DNA from: Phoronis australis | Lineage: Eukaryota > Animalia > Phoronida | Direction of reading: 5' to 3' | NCBI GenBank assembly: GCA_002633005.1 | Contig: NMRA01000036.1 | Span: 1,288,139-1,352,138, forward strand | DNA length: 64,000 nt | In this document: one piece after another, positions 26,501 through 38,500 of the stretch | Layout of the letters: every line of letters starts with the position of its first letter | Numbering within the stretch: position 1 is the stretch's first letter | Position numbers and translations under genes: made by a program | Notes under the pieces: model-generated | Told to the model about the DNA's origin: nothing | Seen by the model: the letters and a program-made list of their open reading frames with translations, nothing else | The model's database searches: none

Positions 26501-29500
26501 CATGAAACATTACAAGACATAAGGATTGCTAGCTATCGGCGGCCTGGTTATATTTGAGAACCTAGCTTTCGAGCCCGTCCTGGGACCTTGCCTACGCAAT
26601 GTTGAAGTCTTTTTGACAGCCTAGTTACCCGGGTTAAAATGTGACAGATCCCAGAAACGCATCTTTACCTCATAGATTGATTAAAAAACACGTGTGACTT
26701 TTTTCTCATTTCTAAAAGCTAGCAACATCCTTGTAATGTCAAACGTTCTAGAAAAATATTGTATTATGGTTGAGTATACTTGTGTAATTTTTATGCAGAT
26801 AATACATGTAGATTTCTGTAATGATCAAGGATATTTTAACATGATTCAAGAAACATATGGTTTTGTCCGTCAAAGCCTCCTTTCGCCTCATTTAGTTGGC
26901 TAAAAAGGAAAATTGAATTCAAACTTTTACTCTCATTAATCGAACTCCTAATATTTCTTAAGTTGACAGGGCTCCATTTCTGTTATCAGCTCAAGTTGCA
27001 GGCAATACGCCATTGCTCCATGTTCGAATTCGTAATTTTGGAACATTATGAAAGTAAAAAGTCTTGTTAGGTTTTCGTTTCAGCCACCTAAAAGACGAAC
27101 ACCAGCTTTAAATATATAAAGACAAGTGACATCCGGTATCGAAGGAGCACATCTAGGCACTCAGGTTAGAAGAAAAGTTTAGGTACCCGATTTGAAAGGA
27201 ATCAAGGTCAAAGATCATATGTCAAAGGTTACAGGTCACGTAAGCTGCAACTGGAAGTGACGTCATCCGCCAACCGGAAGAACGTGGCAATGACGTCATA
27301 CGTCATTTCGTAATAGCTTTAAGCGGACTAGTCGAAGTGGGACCTCGATCCAAGGTCATGCGTTTAATATAGCGTGCGTTCAGTAGACGCTAGGACCTAC
27401 GCTAGGACCTACGCTAGGACCTAGCAAAAATCCAGTCAAAGTCAAGTGTTCTTATTTAAAATACACGGCAATATCTCACGTAATCTCGTGAAGTCTTGCT
27501 TTTTAGCGAGGTCCTAGCGTTACTGAACGGGAGGCAGAAGTCGTCGGTAAAGCGGAAGGAAATGAAAAAGAGGTCATAACCGAATCGGAAATCACGTGAC
27601 CGCCGTCATCACCAGACACGTTAAGACGTGTGACCGTCCACCACATGGATGTTCCGACACTAAGAAGACGTTGAATACGATGTGTTTGTAGAGTTCAACT
27701 GATCGGGATTGGAAACAGAATAGGGTTTATGGTGCGCAATGAATAACAACAAAAGTTTGATTTCCATATTTTGCGTGCGCCACATGTCGTTGCATAAGTT
27801 ATTTCCCTTTGTTCTCTCTCGTATCTCTCAACAACAGATGTCGCGTATACCTAATCCGTGAAAGGTACTCAAGTAGTAAGGTGATATTGAAAAAAATCTT
27901 TAAAATTAATCGTGTATTAATAACAAAGTACATTCCAATGCACTACACAGATCATCGAGGCGATAACACACAATTATCCGTACAAGTGGTAAATTTATTA
28001 AATGTCCTGAATTAAATTTTAATGGTCCAGTGGTGACATCGTCGTCTAACACCTGTCTTTTGGCACAAAAGTAGGTGAATGCACACCCCTCCTGTAGATA
28101 GGTATACATTGTGTTTTCGCCGCCTAACCGAAATGTTTTGTTCAGGACCGAGCTAAACTTTGAGATACCTCGTCTTATCGGTTTCATTTCTCCGTTATTG
28201 TACTGCTTTGAAGCTAAAATGAGATTTACCGTTGTCCGGCCCTCATGTAATACGTTTTAGAGCAAAGTGCGATGCAGTAGTCCCCTTCGAATTCCAACTT
28301 CAATAAACCAGCCGTGTCCATGTGGTAGGCCTCGCTTTCTTCTGCGCCTGTTTGTGGAACCCTACATGTTTTTCCCTCTCGAAAGGTTCTTGCATGTCGG
28401 GTTTAATCGCGTGCTCTAGACAGTTACCAGAAATGGCCATGTACGACTAGTCCGTGTCCATCTCGCAATATTCGAAATCGGATCTGTCGACAAATCTAAT
28501 ATGAAGTCGTAAAACTCTAACATGCGCAACTTCGCGTACTGATAGACAAAAAAGTTAATTTGAAGTGACAGGTTTAGGTGAATGGTCTTCTTTTTCATCT
28601 CCAATTGGCAGATTCCGTTCCTGATTTAGTTGATATGTCTAAATTCCGGGCACTGCACATACCGTTGAGCCTTAGCCTCTCCGCAGTACTTGACTCACGC
28701 TGCCTTTCTTGATTCGTTACCGTTTTGCCATACGCACTGTTACCTATAAGCTTGCTTTTGTCTTTGTCCCTTTCCTGTCTAGCGTCACTAACTTCCTCAC
28801 CAAAATGTTCGAAACATTTTGCGGGAGTGAAGTCGACCACTTAGATGTTTCTTATCTCTGTTCGGGGTTGTGCAATGTGGCATGTGAGAGTGCACTTTTC
28901 AAAAATGCAACCTATATTTAAGAAGGTAAACATCAGCAGAGACGACGCAGGGGAATTTAGGAGGGAGTATGCAGAGAAAACAAAATCATGAGCCCACTAC
29001 GACGACTCTTCGTGGTTGCAAATGTTTTGAGAGGCCACCAATGAATAAACCACTGCGTTACCGGCGTCAGGTGCAATAAAGGTAATTGACCGGGCACCGA
29101 GGCCGTGTGAGTACATGCTAATTTAGTGTTTGCTGACAGAAAGCTGTTGTGAAATAGTAACTCGATTTTATATGCTATGATCACATGTGAGGGGAATCTT
29201 TATTTAGATATACATTATTCAAATCATTGTTACTATACAACATTTGCCCTGACGGTTCTATGAGAGGGGAACCTGACTTCGCGGCCCCCGAAAAGTAAGT
29301 AGATTTTCAGTTTCGTGGATAATTCACCTATATAATTACGTGCACATTATTTTTGTGACTGGAAGTTTAGTTTCCAACCTAAGCTGCTTTATGTTCGTGA
29401 TGTCCAGCCACGGCGGCTGCGACGGGCCTGGTCGGGTTCCGAGCAACTGGCGGGGATTAACAAGCATTTTATGTGTTTAGAACTGAAAAAAATCGCAAGT

Positions 29501-32500
29501 GTAAAAGTAAAACACATAGCTATGTTCCCCATCTGTATTTCACGGAAGAATGATTCAAATTTATCAGCAAATAGACCCGAACTCCTGTGATCGACCATGG
29601 TAATTTGGCCTACCGAACTCTGTAGGCTACGGTACGTTCAGATACCTATAAATCCGTAGCAGTGAAATAAAACAACACGTTTGTTCAAGAACTCGATGTA
29701 TTTGTAAGGGGTTTACATCGAATTTTGACGATTTATTGGTGTAAAACGATGAATTCAAGCGACAAGTTGACACCAGTAAGCGTGTTGTGAACGGCTGAAC
29801 AGACTGCGTTTGAACCGATTGCATCATTGGTTAATTTCAAAACCTCCGTCTGCCGTTAGGTGTCAAGCAAAACAACTGAACCTCCTGTTATCGAGTGGAC
29901 CTACTCGATCTAAATTGATATATAATAGGTTGTTTTTTGGGTGGATTCTCCTTTAGACCTAATACATAAGGATTTGTGACGTCATTGTCACATTTTTCGG
30001 TAGGCGGATAATGTCCTTTTCGGTTGCTTCCCTCGCACGTTACTGTTGGTATTAATTTTTGGTTGATGACCTTGGACCCTCCCAAACGGGGTGCCTAAAC
30101 AACTTACTATACTACTCACATTCTTAACCGAAAACTTCTTAATATGGATATTGTTCATAACGTCTCCCCAAATTACTAATAACATTGTTGCAAATAAATC
30201 CTTAGACTTGGAGAAGCGGGTGTCGGTGATGAATTGTAGCAGTGCGTGGGAGGTGACTTTAATAAAACTGATTCAAAGACTGTAGCCCAGGGCGTTCTCT
30301 AGATAGTGATCGAGGAACTTTTCAGAGTAGAAGACATGTTGTCTTCCACAATGCTTCTTGAACAGGTCGACCTTAAAGTTAAACGGCTCAGCAACCACCG
30401 GATTTTAGCTACGGATGAACTCTATACATTAGAGAACGTGAAGTCGGTAAGGTCGAGCTACACATGATGGGGCGCAAAACAGTAGTAGCGAGATACATGT
30501 ATCTTGGACATTTTATCTGGGACCGTTGTTTGGGACAACTTCTGATCACTGTGTGTGAGGAACCATACAAAAATACTGTCAAAGAAGCATTGGCACTGCC
30601 GCAAGATCAAATAGAAAATCAAGTCAGCAATCAACCAGGACTCCAGCTTCCTGATAGTGAGAATTCAGAACTACCGAGTCACGCAAGGACTGAACACATC
30701 AGCAGCTACGAGGGACCGTAGAGTGGGGATCAAAACGTACAAAATCTCAGATTAAATGATTTATGTTTTACTCAGGGTACTACATTTTTGAGAATCTAAA
30801 CATACATGTGACCAAATCATTCATTTTTAGATCATCCAGAGGCATTAACGATGTCAAGTTCCGACTCAATTTCTCATTCGGCTCATTGCAAGTACTAATA
30901 CGTCAGAGAACGGAAAACGTTGTTGTTTGATTAATGGATAACAGCTAACTTCAAATCTCAACATTTAGAGACTAAACGATCGTTGCAACTTCAGGCAGCT
31001 GACTGCGAGCGCATGCGTGCATTTATCATGAGTGGGAGGAGATTTGTAACTCTGTGATAACCACAGGGTTTTTGCAGAGTGCGTATTTCAAAAATCGTTA
31101 ATTTTGTGATTTGTTTTTGAAATTTCCTCTCAGTGGAAAGTAAATTACTCTGTACTAGACGTTGCAAGATGGTACTTTCGTCAGGGTTTGTTTAAAAGAT
31201 ACGCATACTTTTGCCGATCTTTCGCGTTCCAACATCAATTCTCTTCAAAGACGTAGGCCTGTTTGTTCTTTCAAACCATCGTTATAGCGATCTTATCCTT
31301 TTTGATTTGACATTGGTTAGAATATGTCGCACCAGAATCCCCTGACGGTGTCTTACTGTCTTCACTATGGAAGCTAGACCTTCGTAACGAGCAACAAAAT
31401 GGGATTAGTATACGGCAATGGTCACGTCTGTCACTTCTTCTCACCTTTAAAAATTATTTCTAAGCTAAGTGAGGAACAACCAGAGGCGAGTTTGTAAATT
31501 GAATTGATATAACCTAAATCAAAAGTGATTTTGTGAAAGAACGAACGGGTTAATGCCCCTTAAAATGAGATACTTACAGCTTTCCATCATCATTGGACAT
31601 GTCTGGGTGTCAAACGGGTACTTCCACAAGTGCATCTGACAGGCCAGGGTGGCGGATATTCTGGAAATTAGATCAACGTTTCTTTCTAGTCCAGTTATTC
31701 TAGGGCTCTAGAGTGCCCAACCTAGGAATAATTGCAACAGGAGGGGTTTTTTTTGCATAAATGGCATCTTTAAACATCCCTTGGTGACAGAAAAAGTCTA
31801 CCGAAATCAGAGTGGCGGAAGTAGGTCTTTCAAAATGGCGGAAAAAATGGCCGCCAAAACCGGTGTTTACTGCTTTTTGGCTTGTTTCTCTTATGCAACA
31901 GCTGAAAATAACACAATGAAGCTCGTCATTTCATAATTGGCATACCAATCAAGAGATGCAAATTTTCCGTAAAATAAAACCATCATGGCCGACAAAATGG
32001 CAGCCAAAACGGCAATTTGGTACATGCTGCAAAATTTCGTTTCATAATTTGCCCTGAAAATGGCAAAATTTCTATGTATTTGTAAGTTAAACAATTGAAA
32101 GTATCTGGACCTTACAGTTGATTACTAATTGGAGAGAAATAATCAAGATGGATGGCTGACAAAATGGCCTCCAATTCACAAATAACTCCAATTTACCGCA
32201 TGTACATTCTGCAAATTTTGTTTGTAACTTGAGAAGCGTTTGCACAAAAACTTTTTGCAATCTACAGTCAGGCTTAATGACTTGATTCGTTATAAAGTTT
32301 GTTCTTAAGATTTAGCTACTAAATGTGGAATTTTAATCAAAGTTTAGATTATTTAATGTAAAATTTGGTGTTTTCAGAAAAGGCTTATCAGTTAAATTTT
32401 CATAAGGAATTTCACACTCTCAATTATTTTTTAAATGTACTCATTGGAGGTATCAAAAATGTTAGTTTTTAGAAGAATATGTAATTCTGGTGGAATTATT

Positions 32501-35500
32501 GGCTTATTCAGTACACAAACCCTGAATCACTTTGGGCAGGAAGTGGCTTGGTTCTCTGCTATTGGAGAAATTATCAGTTGTTCCCATGCAAAGATTTCGT
32601 CTGCTACTGACATGAGTGGAGAATTTGGGAGCTGATTTCACCTGAATTTGATGAAAAATAAGTTAATTTGTGTAACAAAAACCTAGTAATTAAGCGTTTA
32701 ACATTTAGTACTCATAGTTGGTTTACTATGCATGCTTTTTATGAACATAGATAACTAATTTTAGAGGAAATTAGTGCCACCAAACCAACTGACAGTGATA
32801 TGCAGTGGCTTGTTCTTAGCCATTCTTGGCGAATTTTATACTAAGATGAGCTTTCTGGGATTTCTTGGAACGTAATGTCAGGCATTAGGCTTCAAGTTCT
32901 TGAGACAGAGTATGCACCCAAACAGTGTGATCCATATGTTAAATTGAAAAAGTGTGGATAGAGTAGTGAGTTGGCCTATGTTGGTAGACTCAGCACTTAA
33001 TGCTATCATCACAGCCACAGTGTTCAACATCCCACTTCCAAATATTGACAGATCAAATAACGCCAATCCAGAACCAGTAACTTCAAGATTTCCAGAAGGA
33101 AGTTACGGCTATTCGAAAATTTTGGAAGTCCCGAATGTCACCAAAACAGAACAGATTTCGTGCCAAAAGGTAGAGCAATTCAATGCTTGTAAACAAACGT
33201 TGGTTCGTCAGAATATATGGAGACAGATTCTTCAGACCTCTCAACTGATCACATATCTAGAGATACGTACACTTGGATATGCAACTCACAGGCAGTGTCT
33301 TCCGATTCTGAACCTTGGATTACAGTGGAATACACTCACGAGAGTTCACTTCTGGCTTCCAACATACTGCCACTGGTATATTCAAACAGGACTGAGTCCG
33401 ATTATAGATCCGCAGTGACAGAATGGTTTGTCAGAAGAATCAATGGCCATTGATATACTTGATGATGATTTGAATGCTGGTCTGAAGCTGTATGATGATC
33501 TTATTGCTGGCATGACGTCTATGTATGCTCGTCGGAATATTTTGTGGGAATCCGTCTTTGCAAAGTCGAACCAGCAGTCTCTGGCTACAGTATATGAAGA
33601 TGCATGACACCCTTCGACTTTTTCTAAAAGCAGAAATAACGTCAGATTGGGAACTTCACCTAAACGTAGTTTCTAATATGCTGCCTTACTTTGCTGCTGC
33701 TGGTTACATCTCATATGCAAAATCTGCATACATGTACTTGCAGCAGATGCACCAACTCAAAGACACCCATCCAGACGTATACAGCATCTTTATTAACGGC
33801 CACCATGCCATAAAACCAAGAGACATGTTCTGGGCAGGCTTGTCATTTGACTTGTAATTGAAAACCATTAATTCAACAGGAAGCTGCGGAATGGGAGATA
33901 CGCAGCGTGGGCTGTGGCTGCTTTTCATGCCGGCATGCATGCTCAAGTATAAATGGTGCCATGCGGAGTATGACAAACCTGAGTTGCTAAACAATTGAGC
34001 AGCATAAAGAATGTACATGTACCTTGGCCAGACAGTCACGGGATGACAAAGACATCCTCAGCCTTGTTGAATTCCTCCATAACAGAAACCCATTTGACCG
34101 GGATTACAGAACATCGCGACTGTTGTGACTGCATGCACACGTGTCAATGCCGAAAATTCCAAGGAAGCGGGGAAGGCAAATCTCTTGTCTACAGAGGGGT
34201 CGAGTGTGAAAGATTTCACATTCATAAAGAAAGACAAGGTTGTGGGAATGACAAGTCCACTAGTTCATGTTGTCAATAGTGATTTTACACAAGTGGATCC
34301 ACAACTGTTGTTTCAGCGATTGCTGACAGCCGCAAAAGACAACTTACAGTGAATGTTTATCAAGCCTTTTGAAGTTTGAGCTGTATGTTGTCTCCCTCGC
34401 TCTTTTTGATTGATCTGGTCTTCCCAGAGTCGCTGAGCTGATGCACTCTGGTCCAGTGGAGCACAACCTACCTGAGGATTACTAATTTCCAGAAAACACG
34501 GTGATGCGTACAATTGACAGCGGTGCTCTCCTTCACTGTATTGTATGACCTAAAAGGTGCAACGTTTCAGTCAGTAGGTCGAGCTAATGTGTATTACGAC
34601 AGCAAGTACACCCAGCTTACTGTTGTTTATGATGGTTGTGGAGGTGGCCCATCAACTGAAGATGTCTCCCATGTTCGAAGACTGGATGGGGTGGTTGGAA
34701 CTGAAGTTCGCTTCAATGGTGAAATGGAGATCAAGTCAAAGAAGAGAGTTCACATTTTTGGCAAACAGCAGAAACAAACAAAGATTCATTCACTTCTTCT
34801 CGAAATGCCGGTTGCATAGTGGTACAAGCTCAAGTTGACGCAGATGTTTTAATTGAAGAAACTGTAGTAGAGAATGCAGCACAAGGTCATAGTACCCTCA
34901 TTGCAAACGATACAGACTTGTTGGTTCTTTTGTGTTACCATTCTACTTCACAACAATTTCCAATATTCATGATCTGAAAAGAGGCACCAAAACGAGAGGA
35001 GAGTCAGGGACATCAAGAAACTACAGTTGTCTCTTGGTGCCGAAACTTGCTCGCTTTTGCCGTTTGCGCATGCAAGTTGGTGGTTGCAATACAACATCAC
35101 GGCTGTTTGGTATTGGCAAAGCTCTCTAATTCAAGAAACTGCGTGATCGAGAGTTACGCGAAAAGGCTAGAGTATTCACTAGACCTGATGTAGCTGAAGC
35201 AAGACATCCTTGAAGCTGGTAAAAGATTTGTGCTTTATGGCGGTACTGGCTCTGGAAATTAAAATGGCTTGCAATGCAGGCGATTTGTGGAAAAGGTGTC
35301 ATCAAGCGTAGCCCAAGTCATTACCACCAACTGCTTCAGCAGGTAAATTCCATACTGCCAGGACAAGCGCAACATGAGTCAAGTTTCTGTGGCAGTGATC
35401 TAGACCCTCTAGATTGAGAATGGATGCTGGCAAGAGGAAAACTCATTCCCATGACGACGGACCAGCCAGCAGCACCAGAGAACCTGCTGATAGTAAGATG

Positions 35501-38500
35501 CTCGTGCAAGACCAACTGCAGTTCCAAGAGATGTACTCACAAAAAGTTAGAATTGCCGTGCTTGGTTGCATGTGGATAATGCAGTGCTATAAGTTGCAGC
35601 AATTTTAATTCTCAGTTGAAAGAGAATAGTTGTGTAAGTACTTGGTGAATGTGTATAAATTTTGATCACAGACAGAGAATTGCTGATTTGGACATACCTG
35701 TAACATCACTAAAGAGAAGCCTAGTGTTAGCTGTTCAAGCGCTTATAAACTATTTACCTAGCTAAACATACCTTGGCTAAATCTTTCGCCTGTCTCAACC
35801 GTTGGTGTATTCACTAGCATTTAGAACTGGAGGTGACAGACGGTCAATTGGTGTGGACAGTAGATTGCTGAATTAATCGCTGAGAATTATTTTCGAAACA
35901 GCACATTTTTTACGGAAAATGATTCTTCAGTCCAGGCGAACCTGATGAATTCACCCAAATAAATTGTTATTTGCTTAACAATCTTAAAAATGGTAGTCGT
36001 ATAAATCAGAGCCAGACAAAAATAATTTTGATGGACACGGTGATCTACATGTATGAAACTCAGAATATGAAATCTGTGAAGGTCATGCTGTAAACATTCC
36101 CAATAAACAAGATGACGTCACAATTCCACTGATCAGGGAAAACTGTGGGGTTTGGCCGATTGAACTAGACCGCATTTATCCACCTGGGCCGCGTTGCGCT
36201 CAGCTCACGATCAAAGGGATCCCGCCTAGCTGCTCTATTCATCGAGTCACGAGCGAGGATAATTGGCTTCGCTCAGGCGGATACGATCAGCTGATTACAA
36301 TCTAGCCTAGATGACCGTACTTTTTATGAAAAACGTTTTAGATAGTTTTTAGTGTAATATTTGAAAAAAGGAGAAAAAAATGTTGGTACAACAGTGAATT
36401 TTTCAAATCGGCCCCTAATAAGAGATTTAGCAACACAGCAACACTCAAGAATACTTACATTCGGCGTGCACCAATACAAAAATATAGGATCCGTTATTTA
36501 GATTTTGGAACACATGCATTGTAATATTCAAAATACGTTTATTTTAGCTCTTACAAGATGTAAACCGACGTTGTTCAATTTCATTGTGGTCATTCATTGT
36601 CATCCGTCAAATCAGAAATTTCCGAGATGTGAACTGCGGCGTGCGCGTATTTATAAAAAACACGGGATCGCTAAGTTCCTGAAGTACGAACATTAAGAAA
36701 ATTTAGCATGCCGTTATTATTGACAGGGACACGATAAAACGAATTTGGATTTTGACACTAGTCTTGATACAGCAAGCTGGCTGACTATAGGTACCACAGC
36801 GTCAGACAAGTGTCTCTGTTAGACCCAGAAATTTCACACAGCCCGGGTAGTTCACCTCGTCCCCAACATGTAGATCGAGCCTAGGACCATTAATGTTTTA
36901 CTCCACGGTAGAGCTAACGACCGTCGGCCTGTGCACACAAAATCTGTGAGTTAACCGGCACTCTCCTTGCACGTTGCAGCCGTTTAAGTGAAAAATAATC
37001 TAATAAATGTCATTTTCTTGCATAATCCTCCGCCATTTGTAGCGAAAGTCTGTCGTCCATGACCCGCAGGCGCTCTCACCCTCATACGCAGACGAACTTC
37101 AAAACAAACGTCACGTGACAACAACATGTGTATTCATCCAGAGATTTTTCTCGTGTTGTGGGGTAAGATGTAGCGCAAATTTGGACTTAATTGCAATTAA
37201 TCTGGACTCCACATGAACTTAAAAAATTGTAAAACATAATGAGGATTTCAGATAACTTGTTGAGTGGAAACTGTATTTTTATTCAAGAATTCAAGTTTTC
37301 CTATCGACGATCGCGATTCAGAGACGTATCAGTCGGCAAGTTTTCGCCCTGGAATTTCAGCACGTTTTTTGAAAAATGATCGTAATTTAACAACGGAGTT
37401 TGATAGCAATGCACCACCAATTTCTAGAAAGACTATCATAGGCTACAAATACGTCACAGAGCGTAAATTTGATAAATCCTAGCTTCCGATTTTACCCGTC
37501 TCGGAAACCGTGTTTCAACTGCCTTAGGCTACAATAAGCGTCCCCTACCCGTGAAATGAATTTTTGTAAGCGCCTGGTATGCAGCTAGGTGATGCTACAA
37601 CATATTCTTTGTTGCTTGTACGGATTATTGCCAATTTTTTCTTGTTTCCATAGCATAATGATGAAAGAAATCAAAACGTTGCATTTTTGAATTTTAATGT
37701 TTGCATAATCCAGAAAATCCGAGGTCGGTCGACAAAGTTTTTTAAAGACACTTTCGGCGAAAGCCTAGCAGAAGATACCCACTCTTTCGAAATTACCATG
37801 AGGGTATTAACCATTCCATGCAGCGTTATTTAACTGGTCTTGGTTAATTATCACTTTATAGCCTGGTCATCCATTCACCCAGAAGTAAGTCCAGAGGTGG
37901 CTTATATCAGCCAACTATTCACGCATGCCTTACAATAGAAGCCTGGTAAGAGTGAAGGTGGATAAATGCGATGTTCCTACAGTTTCTTGTAGTAGTGGAT
38001 GTGTTCACGACATGGTGGCGTGTCTCTGGAATCAGAAGTTCTTACACGAAGCAACTATTTCGTGGCCATATTATCATTAGAGCAAAAACCTAATGAGTCT
38101 CAGTGTATTAGTCGACCCAGAAAACAAATGATGCAATGTTTGAATCAAGACGATGCACCAATCTGTTCGTGCGAAGTTGTGCGACTGGAAGTAGTTTTGG
38201 CGGCCATCTTGGAAAATGGCGGAGGGTGTCACCGCAGCCAAGGAAAACTATTTCCAACGGATTTTTTGACCCACAGAAAATATGTAAACCTTTTTGAATT
38301 TTTAATCTATCACATTCCACTCTCGACTCATAATGGTCATATGCAAATCTGGTGGCCATTTTGTCCGCCATCTTGAAAAACCAACTTCCGCCATCCCGAT
38401 TCCGGTAGTCTTTTTTCTCACACTAAGGGTTGTAAGAGAATACGATTGATACAACAAATCCTTCTGTTGCAATTATTTCCGGGTTATCAATAGAATGACT

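Noticed and set aside
27387-27424. CGCTAGGACCTA repeats and the ~150-bp array at 41.9-43.4 kb as CRISPR-like arrays
   Set aside because: They are contiguous or diverged tandem units without unique spacers, there are no cas genes, and the context is eukaryotic.
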